Positions 29,760-39,588 of a stretch of 64,000 nt of DNA are shown here, in pieces; position 1 is the first letter of the stretch; the number at the start of each line of letters is the position of its first letter. Below the pieces are notes generated by a model that worked only from the letters and a program-made list of their open reading frames with translations, did not search any database and was not told the DNA's origin. A program made the translations under genes and the position numbers. Origin of the DNA: Methanomassiliicoccaceae archaeon (lineage in GTDB: Archaea; Thermoplasmatota; Thermoplasmata; Methanomassiliicoccales; Methanomassiliicoccaceae); the NCBI GenBank assembly GCA_040776945.1, contig JAXGZN010000002.1:832001-896000 (forward strand), read 5' to 3'.

Positions 29760-30962
29760 ATGCCGGCTGAGGAATTGGTAGGTGTGAACAGGAAGGAAAG
29801 GTTGAGGACCGAGGTCGACAGCATTGGCCTGGACACGCTCATGAGCGAGAGTTTCGAGGCAGTATCTCCGTCCGATACTGTCAATGCCGTGCTGAAGAAG
29901 ATGAAGGAGCTGGACATCCACGAGGTCCCGGTGACCTCGGACGGCAAGCGATTGCTAGGGGTGGTCAGCTACGGCACCCTGCTCAAGAGAAGGAACCTGT
30001 CCGTCGACGCCAAGGCCAATACAGTGATGATGATGCCGCAGCTGGTGACCACTGCGACCCCGGTGACCGAAGTGGCAGAACTGTTCATCAATTCCGGCTA
30101 CCGGGAGGTGCCGGTTATGAGCAACGGTTCGATAGCCGGGATGGTGTCCCGCTCCGACCTGCTTAAGGTCGTGAGGGATGTCCGGGAGCTGAGGAGGATA
30201 CCGGTCAGCGACATAATGTCCTCCGACGTGAAGAGCGTTAAGCTGGACACCAGCGCAAAGGACGCGGTTCAGCTGATGAGCGCGCTGGACGTCCGGGTGC
30301 TGCCGGTGGTCGACGACAACGAGAAGATCATCGGGATCGTGGGCATAAAGGACATAGCGCTGATGAACTGGCATGAAAGGATCCGCATGACCCTCGGCGA
30401 GTTCACGGGGGAGAAGGGCTCAGTGACGGTCAAGGTCGGTTCGGTAGCGGTGGAGCCGCCGGTGGTGGCGCCGCCGGGGATGGAACTGGGAGAGGCTGCT
30501 AGGCTGATGCAGGAAAGGCATATCTCGACCCTGCCAGTGGTAGAGGGCGGCAAGATCCTCGGGATCGTAACCAAGTACGACCTCATCGAGCTCATAGCAT
30601 CCCTACGGCAAAGGAACATGATGTACACCCAGATATCCGGGCTTCGGGACGATGACAGGTTCGCCCAGGACATGATGATGAAGGAGATCGAGCAATCCAT
30701 GAGGAAGATATCTCCCATCGCCACCCCTCTGATGTTCGACCTCCACGTGGGCATGTACAACGACGAGGGATTGAACTACAAGTACTCGCTCCACGCGCGA
30801 TTGACCACGGACGACCGCGTGTTCACCGCCAGTTCGGTGGAATGGGACCTTATAAGGGCGACCGCGGACCTGATGAGGACTTTCGAGCGTCGGGTCATCG
30901 AGCATAAGGAGATGAAGCTGGAGCACCGCCGGAGGACCCGGAACATCGGTCACAGCTACTGA
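29760..30962 (+). CDS. CBS x4 protein with C-terminal HPF/RaiA-like domain (paralog 2)
   Basis: Colinear paralog of 28390..29589 (shared GVVSYGTLLKRRNL, TKYD.IEL.AS.RQR, RNIGH). Confidence 0.8.
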   Translation: MPAEELVGVNRKERLRTEVDSIGLDTLMSESFEAVSPSDTVNAVLKKMKELDIHEVPVTSDGKRLLGVVSYGTLLKRRNLSVDAKANTVMMMPQLVTTATPVTEVAELFINSGYREVPVMSNGSIAGMVSRSDLLKVVRDVRELRRIPVSDIMSSDVKSVKLDTSAKDAVQLMSALDVRVLPVVDDNEKIIGIVGIKDIALMNWHERIRMTLGEFTGEKGSVTVKVGSVAVEPPVVAPPGMELGEAARLMQERHISTLPVVEGGKILGIVTKYDLIELIASLRQRNMMYTQISGLRDDDRFAQDMMMKEIEQSMRKISPIATPLMFDLHVGMYNDEGLNYKYSLHARLTTDDRVFTASSVEWDLIRATADLMRTFERRVIEHKEMKLEHRRRTRNIGHSY

Positions 30963-31076
30963 AAGGAACGCTGGAACCTCTTCCCGTCCGGGGAGCTCGG
31001 CCTAATGCCTGCACCCCCGGACGGACCGTGACCAGCCAAACCCTTTTTAATCGAATGGTCATGTCGAACTCCGTCC

Positions 31077-33692
31077 ATGTCACAATATGAAGCGGTGCAG
31101 GCCGAGAGGAAGTGGCAGCAGAAGTGGAAGGAGTGGGAGATCTATCGTTTCGATCCATCCTCTTCCAAGCCCGTGTACAGCATCGACAACCCGCCCAGGT
31201 ACACCTCTGGCTCGCTGCACCTTGGGCACGCCACCGGCTACTCGCTCATCGACTTCGCCGCTCGTTACAAGAGGATGCGCGGCTACAACGTGTTCTTCCC
31301 CCTGTGCTTCGACGTCAACGGCACGCCCACGGAGGTTAAGGTGGAGAAGAAACACGGAATCACCAAGCTGACCGTTCCCCGCCAGGAGTACATCCGCCTG
31401 TGCTCGGAGTTCGCCAACTCGTTCATCGACGAGATGACCGAGCAGTTCGAGGTTCTGGGGGAGAGCATGGACCCGTCCGTCTATTACCAGACGGACGCTC
31501 CCTACTACCGGCGCATCACGCAGATAACCTTCCTCAGGCTGTTCAAGAGGGGGCTCGTCTACAAGGGCACCTATCCCGTGAACTGGTGCCCCAGCTGCAT
31601 CACGGCCCTGGCGGACGCGGAGGTCGAGTACTCCGACAACATGACCAAGCTGAACTACATCAGGTTCCGGATGAAGGGGTGCGATGAGGACGTCATCATC
31701 GCCACCACCAGGCCGGAGCTGCTCTCCGCCTGCCAGCTCGTGGCGGTGTCGCCGGAGGACCGGGAGAAGGAGCGGCTGGTGGGAAGGACCCTGCTGACGC
31801 CGATCTACAACAAGGAGATCAAGGTCATAGCCGACGAAAAGGTCGACCCGGCCTTCGGCACCGGGGTGGTCATGATCTGCACCATCGGGGACAAGACGGA
31901 CCTCGAGTGGGTCATGAAGTACGGCCTGCCGCTGGACAAGGCCATCGACGAGCAGGGCCGGATGACCCGCCTGGCCGGCAAGTACGAGGGGTTGTCCGTC
32001 AAGGATGCTAAGGCGGCCATAATAGAGGATCTCAAGGCCGCAGGGCTCATCGTCAGGCAGGACACCGTGAAGCAGAACGTGGGAGGGTGCTGGCGCTGCC
32101 ATGCTACAATCGAGTTCCTCCAGGTCCCCCAATGGTTCCTGAAGACCATGGACTTCAAGGACCAAGTGCTGAAGCTCGCCGACGAGGTGCAGTGGCATCC
32201 CGAGTTCATGAAGGTGCGGCTCAAGGACTGGATCAACAGCCTGCAGTGGGACTGGGTGATCTCGAGGCAGCGGTTCTTCGCTACGCCCATACCGCTGTGG
32301 GAGTGCGAGGACTGCGGGCACATCGTGCCGGCCAAGGAGGAGGACTGTTATGTCGATCCCACGGTGGACAGGCCGCCCATGGACCGTTGCCCGCTGTGCG
32401 GCGGAGCGCTGATCGGCTGCCGGGACGTCTTCGATACCTGGATGGACTCGAGCATATCGCCGCTGTACAACACCTTCTGGGACCGAGACATGGGCATGTT
32501 CGAGCGCCTCTACCCGATGTCCATGAGGCCGCAGAGCCATGACATCATCAGAACCTGGGCGTTCTATACCCTCCTGAGATGCTACCTGATGACCGACGAG
32601 CGCCCGTGGAACGACATCATGATCCATGGGTTCATCATGTCCCCGGACGGTACGCCGATGCATTCCTCGCTGGGCAACGTCATCGACCCGGTGCCGATCC
32701 TCAAGGAGTACGGCGCCGACGCGCTGCGGTACTACGCCTGCACCTGCGCGCTCGGGGAGGATAACGCTTTCCGGGAGAAGGACGTCATCCGCGGAAAGCG
32801 CCTGGCGACCAAGCTGTGGAACATCGGCAAGTTCACCGGGATGGTGGTGAAGAGCCGTCCGGAGATGCGCGAACTGCAGCCCCTGGACCGGTGGATCCTC
32901 AGCCGCTTCTCCAAGGTGGTGAGGGCCGCCACGCAGTTCTACGAGAGCTACCAGTTCGACAAGGCTATGAGGGAGGTCGAGGACTTCGCCTGGCATGAGT
33001 ACGCCGATCACTATCTCGAGCTTGTCAAATACCGCACCCGGGAGGGGGACGGCGGCGTCAGGTTCACGCTGTACACCATCACCCTGGGCATCGCAAAGAT
33101 GCTCGCTCCCCTGATGCCGCACGTGACCGAGGACATCTACCAGGACTTCGCCTCGATGGACGGGGCGAAGAGCATCCATGTGTCCGCGTGGCCGGAGCCG
33201 GTGCTGTTCTCCGATGAGGACGAGGCGCAGGGCGAGCTGGTGAAGGACGTGGTCAGCGCCATCCGATCGTGGAAGGCGGAGCGAAAGCTGCCGCTGAACA
33301 AGGAGATGGAGCTGATCGAGCTCATCGGGCCGTCGGCACTGTCCTTGAAGGGCTACGAGAAGGACATCCTGGAGACCTCGCGGTCCAGGGAGCTTAAGAT
33401 CGTGGCCGAGGCCGCGCTGGAGGAGAAGGTCGTGGCCGTCAAGCCGGTCAAGTCCAAGATCGGGCCGACCTTCAAGGCCAAGGGCAAGGAGGTCCTCCAG
33501 CTTCTCGAGGACATCGATCCGCAGCAGGCCGCGGCCGCCCTGGAGAATGGCGCGCTCGACCTTGCGCTCTCGGACGGGAGCGTCGTCTCCCTGGACCCGA
33601 GCTTCGTGGAGGTGCAGAGGAAGCTCACCCTCGAGGGGAAGGCCGTTGAGACTCTGCAGGTCAGGGACGTGCTCATCGCGCTGTCTCCCTGA
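31077..33692 (+). CDS. valS: valyl-tRNA synthetase
   Basis: HLGH, DWVISRQR, DTWMDSS, PMHSSLGN (KMSKS variant), YGADALR. Confidence 0.95.
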   Translation: MSQYEAVQAERKWQQKWKEWEIYRFDPSSSKPVYSIDNPPRYTSGSLHLGHATGYSLIDFAARYKRMRGYNVFFPLCFDVNGTPTEVKVEKKHGITKLTVPRQEYIRLCSEFANSFIDEMTEQFEVLGESMDPSVYYQTDAPYYRRITQITFLRLFKRGLVYKGTYPVNWCPSCITALADAEVEYSDNMTKLNYIRFRMKGCDEDVIIATTRPELLSACQLVAVSPEDREKERLVGRTLLTPIYNKEIKVIADEKVDPAFGTGVVMICTIGDKTDLEWVMKYGLPLDKAIDEQGRMTRLAGKYEGLSVKDAKAAIIEDLKAAGLIVRQDTVKQNVGGCWRCHATIEFLQVPQWFLKTMDFKDQVLKLADEVQWHPEFMKVRLKDWINSLQWDWVISRQRFFATPIPLWECEDCGHIVPAKEEDCYVDPTVDRPPMDRCPLCGGALIGCRDVFDTWMDSSISPLYNTFWDRDMGMFERLYPMSMRPQSHDIIRTWAFYTLLRCYLMTDERPWNDIMIHGFIMSPDGTPMHSSLGNVIDPVPILKEYGADALRYYACTCALGEDNAFREKDVIRGKRLATKLWNIGKFTGMVVKSRPEMRELQPLDRWILSRFSKVVRAATQFYESYQFDKAMREVEDFAWHEYADHYLELVKYRTREGDGGVRFTLYTITLGIAKMLAPLMPHVTEDIYQDFASMDGAKSIHVSAWPEPVLFSDEDEAQGELVKDVVSAIRSWKAERKLPLNKEMELIELIGPSALSLKGYEKDILETSRSRELKIVAEAALEEKVVAVKPVKSKIGPTFKAKGKEVLQLLEDIDPQQAAAALENGALDLALSDGSVVSLDPSFVEVQRKLTLEGKAVETLQVRDVLIALSP

Positions 33693-33736
33693 CCCCCCTT
33701 CCAGCAGGCCTCGGGCAGCAGGCCAGTCTGGTAAAC

Positions 33737-33743
33737 TTTATAT
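33737..33743 (+). promoter_or_regulatory. TATA box of tRNA-Gly
   Basis: TTTATAT preceded by AAAC, about 28 nt upstream of the tRNA 5' end. Confidence 0.6.
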
Positions 33744-33770
33744 GAGAGGAGTGAATTCACAGTCGCACAA

Positions 33771-33846
33771 GCGGGCGTAGTGTAGTTGGTTATCACTTGA
33801 CCTTGCCAAGGTTAGAACACGGGTTCGAATCCCGTCGCCCGCACCA
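33771..33846 (+). tRNA. tRNA-Gly(GCC), CCA encoded
   Basis: Acceptor GCGGGCG/CGCCCGC, anticodon arm TGACC-TTGCCAA-GGTTA, T-arm ACGGG-TTCGAAT-CCCGT. Confidence 0.96.
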
Positions 33847-34186
33847 CCAACCATATCCAGGTGGGTCCATTTTTTTCAATCAGGGGCGGATTGGAACCTG
33901 GCTGCGTCTGGCTCGGTTTTCGGGGTATTATCGCCACCGTCCAAACACGCTGTGCTTCTGCGATCCTCTGCTCGTTCTTCTTGCGCGCGTTGTAAGTCTC
34001 GGTCGTCTTGCTCGTGGCGTGCCCCATCATCTTCGATGTCGAGTCTAGCGGCACCCCTTGGTCGAGGCGGTTCTGACCGAAGGTCCGGCGGCAGACCCGG
34101 AGGTCGAAGTCGACCCCGACCTCTTCCTTGACGATGGACTGGAGGTCCGTCGTCCCGTTGATCGAGAACTGCCCGCTATGCCGATT
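33812..34186 (-). pseudogene. C-terminal remnant of a tyrosine recombinase/integrase
   Basis: Manual translation: VGVDFDLRVCRRTFG..GVPLDSTSKMMGHATSKTTETY (box II-like, GH, catalytic Tyr). N-terminal part absent; abuts the tRNA 3' end. Confidence 0.8.
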
Positions 34187-35047
34187 CTAGCCATCTAAAT
34201 TCTTTAAAAACTGATTGACCAGTACATAGCTTTCAGCTTGTGTCCTCCTCTTCTGTTCCTCATCAGCACTATAAAGAAAATTGCCAACCCACGAAGGTCC
34301 TTCAGCCTCAATTGAACGGAACTTTTGCATAATATTTCCTATACCTATTCTCATACTTGGTTCAGCTAGGAATGGTCGGACAATTTGACTTACATCACTC
34401 GGGCTTTCCAAACATTGAGAGATTACCGTAAAAATATCGTAAGCGTCCTTCTCTTTATACCGCTCACCCAGAACTACACCCTTCATACCAATGCAGCCCG
34501 CGATATCAAGCATCTGTATCTGAGCGCTAGATTCACCATCGCCAGGAAGGGTTCCTTGAATCTCTTTTCTAAAGTTGTGCTGAAATGCGATGTCACATCC
34601 ATTTGCAATTCTCGCTGGAAGCGAAGGTTGAACCTTCCTATGTCTGTGATTATGCAATTCTTCTGTCCCACATGTGAGAAAATCAATAGAAATCAGATAT
34701 TCCCGTCCATCGGACCTGGAAGTAATTCCTCTCTCAAAACTGAATAAGATGGGTTGCCCATCCATCCCATGTCGCATCGAATAACCACGTTCCTGAATCA
34801 GGTCGATGATTGTGGCGTACTCATCGTTCCTTACTAATTCAGGGTTAACCGCAATGTCAATATCAATTGATCCAACATGAGGGAACCCCCCTCTGCCGAA
34901 TTCCTCTATCAGGAAAAACGGTGCCCAGCCTCCAACAAGCACTAGCGCATCCCTATAGGAGTATAATGTCAGAGATAACTCCAGGAGCGCAGATAAGGAT
35001 GCATCAGTTATGCCTCCACCATAGTCTGTAGATAACCTAGGTGGCAC
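34187..35047 (-). CDS. nucleotidyltransferase (AbiEii/type IV TA toxin-like)
   Basis: LVGGWA, HVGSIDIDI, IDFL, K...ERYKEKDAYDI. Confidence 0.8.
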   Translation of the reverse strand: MPPRLSTDYGGGITDASLSALLELSLTLYSYRDALVLVGGWAPFFLIEEFGRGGFPHVGSIDIDIAVNPELVRNDEYATIIDLIQERGYSMRHGMDGQPILFSFERGITSRSDGREYLISIDFLTCGTEELHNHRHRKVQPSLPARIANGCDIAFQHNFRKEIQGTLPGDGESSAQIQMLDIAGCIGMKGVVLGERYKEKDAYDIFTVISQCLESPSDVSQIVRPFLAEPSMRIGIGNIMQKFRSIEAEGPSWVGNFLYSADEEQKRRTQAESYVLVNQFLKNLDG

Positions 35048-35049
35048 TT

Positions 35050-36066
35050 CTAAACCCCCAAGATCTTTTCTCGGATGGCATCGGCCTGCTCCCTACCCCT
35101 TTGTGGGTAATTGAAAAGGTCCAGATAAAGTTGAAGATTGGACACAACTTTTACACCATCAATTGTTTGTGTGTTTCTTAATATTCCATCATCTCTGGGA
35201 GTTATCAAGTAGACGTTACCCCCGAACTCTACTGGCTCCAATTCAAGGGCGTTCTTCAATGCGTCATTTTTGTTAACATAAATGTATGTGTCCGTTGACC
35301 TAACCACAGGGAGGACCAGTCGAGCTGCAGCCCCTAGAGTGATCGCATAATCGCAATCAGGGAGTTGCCTCAGTTTTGGAAATATTTCATCGTAGCCCTT
35401 AAAAGGGGAGTAGTATCCAGTGATTTTTTGATCGTTATACCTATAGCTACTGACCAATAGATCTAGCAAGCCTGAAGGGTCGGAAAGCTTGATCGCTCCT
35501 CTCCTTTTATCAACATAATTATATGTCTCCAGGCCATCCAGAACCTTATAAACCTGAGCGAGACTAACTGATGAACTATCTGAAAGCTCCTGCATCGTCC
35601 ATTCCTTTTTCGGATCATTTAACATGCACCTTATTACCCAGTTACTTTTTGTAGATAACAAGTTTTTTTGCTTTCTCTCAATTTTATGTTTGTTATCATT
35701 TCCCCAGAGGTTGATAAAAATACTATCGAATTTTAAATAGGCATTTCCAGAAAGATCAATGCATCCAATATTGGATCTCTCACAAAATTCCTTCCCGCGC
35801 TCACTAATAAAGGGAGCGACCAGGATGGGGTAGAAATTGTCTGTAGACCTATTGCTCAATCTGCCGACATATTCCGCAATAACTCTGGGCTCTCCAGATG
35901 ATTTGAACTCAAGATATAGGGTTTTTTTCTTTTTTCCTATCCTCAAGTTGGCTACTGAGTCTGCATAGTCATCTCTTTCGAGTTTAACTTTATCGCTAAC
36001 CCACTCTAATTTTCCTACCTGAGACAACAACTTTTCAACAGTTTTCTTATACTCGATTTCTTCCAT
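35050..36066 (-). CDS. AbiEi-like type IV TA antitoxin/transcriptional regulator
   Basis: VAPFIS..IDLSGNAY N-domain, wHTH, C-terminal VSNLQLYLDL..PQRGREQA; 2 nt upstream of the nucleotidyltransferase. Confidence 0.8.
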   Translation of the reverse strand: MEEIEYKKTVEKLLSQVGKLEWVSDKVKLERDDYADSVANLRIGKKKKTLYLEFKSSGEPRVIAEYVGRLSNRSTDNFYPILVAPFISERGKEFCERSNIGCIDLSGNAYLKFDSIFINLWGNDNKHKIERKQKNLLSTKSNWVIRCMLNDPKKEWTMQELSDSSSVSLAQVYKVLDGLETYNYVDKRRGAIKLSDPSGLLDLLVSSYRYNDQKITGYYSPFKGYDEIFPKLRQLPDCDYAITLGAAARLVLPVVRSTDTYIYVNKNDALKNALELEPVEFGGNVYLITPRDDGILRNTQTIDGVKVVSNLQLYLDLFNYPQRGREQADAIREKILGV

Positions 36067-36242
36067 ATTTTTCACTTATATTGCTATTTTCACCAATTGG
36101 TAAAAAATCGTATAGGTTATAAAGTATATCAATTATAGCAATCGAAATTACTGCTACAAACACTACTTCTCCACGATATGCATGAAATGAGGAAAGGTGG
36201 TGAGCTAATTGCACCTTAGAGTTAGAGAAAAGTGAAGACGAT

Positions 36243-36857
36243 CTAGATGAGTGGGTTCGAACGCACAATCCTTTGAATGTCTGAAGCAAATTCAACCATG
36301 TCGCCAAAGTCAAGCAGCATGAACCCATCTTGGCACGATATCGCTTCCATTTTTTGTTCTGATTGCTCAAGGTCCGCCCGAGTGTACCTCTTAGATAGGA
36401 CTACAATTTTTTTATAAATGCCCTTATCGCGTTTCCAGACCTCTTCATTGAACGGACCGGAAATGATTGCATCTATGATATTGAGCAATCCTATGATTGA
36501 TCGGTTCCGCGATCTTCTGATAGCTTCCCATGAGTACCCAGAGAACACAATTATTGAGATTTCGCGCTTATGGAGTCTCTCGCACATGTGAAGGAGCGCT
36601 TCAGCCTGCTGGAACGGCTCACCGCCGGAGATTGTGACCCCTTCACATTGGGTCCTCTGACACAACTCGACCAGTTTATCTGCGAACATTGTATGCTCCA
36701 TGAGGTGCCTAGGCTCGTGAGGTTGGTAAGCCGGGTTCGCACAGCCTGTGCATCCAAGGGTGCAACCCTGAACCCAAACCACGACCCTCCTCCCCGGCCC
36801 ATTGATTGTGCTACCAGCCGCAAGGGCCGCCACATTGAGCAATGGTTCCAGTGCCAT
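36243..36857 (-). CDS. short radical SAM protein (NrdG/activase-like)
   Basis: NGPGRR.VVWVQGCTLGCTGC, GVTISGGEPFQQ, FSGY. Confidence 0.87.
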   Translation of the reverse strand: MALEPLLNVAALAAGSTINGPGRRVVVWVQGCTLGCTGCANPAYQPHEPRHLMEHTMFADKLVELCQRTQCEGVTISGGEPFQQAEALLHMCERLHKREISIIVFSGYSWEAIRRSRNRSIIGLLNIIDAIISGPFNEEVWKRDKGIYKKIVVLSKRYTRADLEQSEQKMEAISCQDGFMLLDFGDMVEFASDIQRIVRSNPLI

Positions 36858-36858
36858 C

Positions 36859-38715
36859 TCACTCCTCTAAGAGTTCGAAGACTATGCCTTTCCCATCCTC
36901 AACGCAGCTGGCCCTGATGCTTCGTCCCTTCATCAAGAACTGCTTGTTCTCGAATATGTATCTGGCCAGGGGGTCGATAAGGTCCCTCTCCGCCGCATTA
37001 AGCAACCCACGCCCACCGTGGGAGATGTCGGCCCTCTTCTCCAAGTAATCATACAGCCTTTGGTCGAGCACTAGTCTTACATCATACTTGGATTGGATCG
37101 TCTCCTGTAGGGGGGCCAGCTTCTTTTTGATAATTTCCCGCCTAAACTCCTCACTGTTGACGGGATTGAAGACGATGATGTTCTCCCCTATTCGGTTGAG
37201 GAGCTCAGGACGCCTTAGTTCCTTGTTGAAATGGTCCTTTACCTTGTGACGGAACTCTTTCTCCAGGTCGCAACCTTCCACCTCAATGCCAACCTCAGAG
37301 GCTCCGATATTGCTGGTGAATATGATGATCGTTTCGGAGAAGTAGGCGGTCACGCCCTTCCCATCGGTGAGCCTCCCATCCTCAAGGATCTGCAGGAACT
37401 TATCAAGGATTCGCGGATGGGCCTTCTCTATCTCGTCGAAGAGAAGCACGCTGAACGGTCTTTCCAGGACGGCGTTGATCAATTGCCCGCCTTCCTCAAA
37501 CCCAACATAGCCGGGCGGTGGGCCGATCAGACGCTGGTCGGATTCCTCATGACTGTACTCGCTCATGTCGAAGCGTATGCATGCGTTCTCATCTCCGAAC
37601 AAGAATTCCGCAGTGGCCTTGGCGAGCTCGGTCTTACCCACTCCGGTCGGACCGACGAAGAACAGGGCGCCTTTTGGCTTTGACATCTTCGAGGAGTGCT
37701 GTATTCCCGATAGGCCCATGGCTGCCTTGATGATGGTGTTGACCACGTGTTCGACGGCCTTGTCCTGTCCGACCACCCGCTTTTTCAGGGAAAGATCTGC
37801 GTTGCGTAGCTTCTCCTGAGAAAGCTCTTCCCAGGGCGACCTCTTCTCGCCAAAACGGTAGAGGTTAAGCAGTCTCTCCGGAGTAAGACCTCGGTTGTCC
37901 CGCGCCAGCCTGACCATCTGGATCAGATCTACGGTTTTCATCCCTTCAGTCATATCGGCCAGTTCATCCATCGCTTGGTCTCTTGTCTTGTCTTGAGTGG
38001 CCTTTAGGTTCAGGTCTTCTAGATGACGCTCAAAGAACCCTATCCTGGTCTTCTTCTCCGGGACTCCCAGGTTGAACAATTTGATCCTAGGGTCTGGCTG
38101 ATAGAACGAGGGCGGAATAGATGCTAGATTGGCTGTTATTAACATGATCGTAGCCGGAGGGGTGTCGGTCACGTTCCCTTGTCGGCCGAGACCCTCGCGC
38201 CCGCACATGAGCATCGATAACCGCTCCAACAAACAGCGGTCCTCTTGGGCCAGGGGCCTCTGTACCGCACCGAACTGGTAGTCGGTCCAATCCACTATTA
38301 TAGCCACGGCCTGATCATAATAGGGGAGGGCTTGTTCAAGGGCTCCGACCAGATCGCCGATTTCCTTGAGCGATGGGAGGTCATCGTCCAGGCCTTGAGG
38401 TTCACCCGCATCGTACTTTTCGCCCTCCACATCTTGTGTCAAGCTCCCTCTCCACCAAGTGTTGAACCTCCGTCTTTCATCATCGGACCGGAATTTTAGG
38501 CCGACAATGGGGTTCCAGACGCCCACCACAGAAAAGCCACTATCGTGTAAGGTCCTGTCGAGGTAGTGAGCCAGGAGCACATACCTAGTACCCTCGTCCG
38601 TTTTAATTGTGAACTCATCGCGAGTGTTTCCGTAGACAACAATCCCCTTCCTGAACCTGGCCTCCCTTGCCAAGTTCTCAAATTGCCGCTCCATTTTAGA
38701 AACGTCTCCTGCCAT
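36859..38715 (-). CDS. ClpA/B-like AAA+ ATPase (one intact D2-type domain, degenerate N-terminal domain)
   Basis: VVGQDKA, FVGPTGVGKTELAK, DMSEY, GPPPGYVG, LFDEIEKAH, GRLTD, RPELLNR. Confidence 0.88.
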   Translation of the reverse strand: MAGDVSKMERQFENLAREARFRKGIVVYGNTRDEFTIKTDEGTRYVLLAHYLDRTLHDSGFSVVGVWNPIVGLKFRSDDERRRFNTWWRGSLTQDVEGEKYDAGEPQGLDDDLPSLKEIGDLVGALEQALPYYDQAVAIIVDWTDYQFGAVQRPLAQEDRCLLERLSMLMCGREGLGRQGNVTDTPPATIMLITANLASIPPSFYQPDPRIKLFNLGVPEKKTRIGFFERHLEDLNLKATQDKTRDQAMDELADMTEGMKTVDLIQMVRLARDNRGLTPERLLNLYRFGEKRSPWEELSQEKLRNADLSLKKRVVGQDKAVEHVVNTIIKAAMGLSGIQHSSKMSKPKGALFFVGPTGVGKTELAKATAEFLFGDENACIRFDMSEYSHEESDQRLIGPPPGYVGFEEGGQLINAVLERPFSVLLFDEIEKAHPRILDKFLQILEDGRLTDGKGVTAYFSETIIIFTSNIGASEVGIEVEGCDLEKEFRHKVKDHFNKELRRPELLNRIGENIIVFNPVNSEEFRREIIKKKLAPLQETIQSKYDVRLVLDQRLYDYLEKRADISHGGRGLLNAAERDLIDPLARYIFENKQFLMKGRSIRASCVEDGKGIVFELLEE

Positions 38716-38718
38716 TGG

Positions 38719-39588
38719 TCATCGCCTCGCTTCTCTTACCTGCGCTGCGCCATGCGGCAGGTCCTTTGCTCCCTTCTTTATCTTGTAAGGATTGTGCCAG
38801 TTGAACTGCTCGATCTCCCCATCGGTGCCATCTGATCTGAGCCGCTCTAACACTGCATCCACAGCGTCCTTGCATGTTTCACCGATGAATCCATCTAAAT
38901 CGAAACCAATCCTGCACTGGTCGTTTATCTCGAACCTTACCTTCTTGCCGGCAGGCGTGGTCGCGAGGATTTCCACACGTCCATCCTTTAAAACCGGTCC
39001 GGAGATCACATAGTTGGAGGCGCGAAGGCCACCCAGCAATCGGCGGACAAGTTCCTTTCGGACCTCTTCCTGCAGGTCTCTCGCCTGAGACTCTCTTGCG
39101 CCGTTCAGGGTCTCCTCCACCATCGACTCAAGAGTGACCAACGACAATGGGACGTCCGTCATTTTTTCTAGCCGAGCGATATTACTTTGATGCGCCTTCT
39201 GGCCTTCCTTATTCTTGATGGAAATGGATTTTAGTTGGTTGATGGTCCTGGAAAGGAGCTCGTCCACTTTCCTTCGCTCCTCGCCCCACATTTGCTTCTT
39301 CGCCCTCGCCTCGGTCTGGATTGCGCTCACCTGAGCGATAGCGAGACGGGCGCTCTGTAGCGCTTGGTCTGGAGACAGAGACATCTGACTATACGCTTCA
39401 CCAACCAGCTTATCCAGCTCTGATGACTCACTAACAAAACCAGACGTGGAGAGGTTTTGCTTCCCTTGTTCCAAAAGTGCTGCCGTCCGTTCCAGTAAGG
39501 CCTGACACTCTTCCCTTACCTGGGACCTCCGAGCCTCTTCGCGCATCCTCTCCATTTGCTTTACGCTGATGTATCCCCCACCGCTCAT
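38719..39588 (-). CDS. coiled-coil hypothetical protein, C-terminus DUF2997-like
   Basis: Helical N-terminal two thirds; FDLDGFIGETC motif. Confidence 0.7.
   Translation of the reverse strand: MSGGGYISVKQMERMREEARRSQVREECQALLERTAALLEQGKQNLSTSGFVSESSELDKLVGEAYSQMSLSPDQALQSARLAIAQVSAIQTEARAKKQMWGEERRKVDELLSRTINQLKSISIKNKEGQKAHQSNIARLEKMTDVPLSLVTLESMVEETLNGARESQARDLQEEVRKELVRRLLGGLRASNYVISGPVLKDGRVEILATTPAGKKVRFEINDQCRIGFDLDGFIGETCKDAVDAVLERLRSDGTDGEIEQFNWHNPYKIKKGAKDLPHGAAQVREARR

Noticed and set aside
31080-33179. 699-aa antisense ORF over valS, and similar long shadow ORFs over cysS, glyS, the sufS-like gene and cbiO
   Set aside because: These mirror real genes on the opposite strand, as expected with high GC3, and carry no recognisable motifs.
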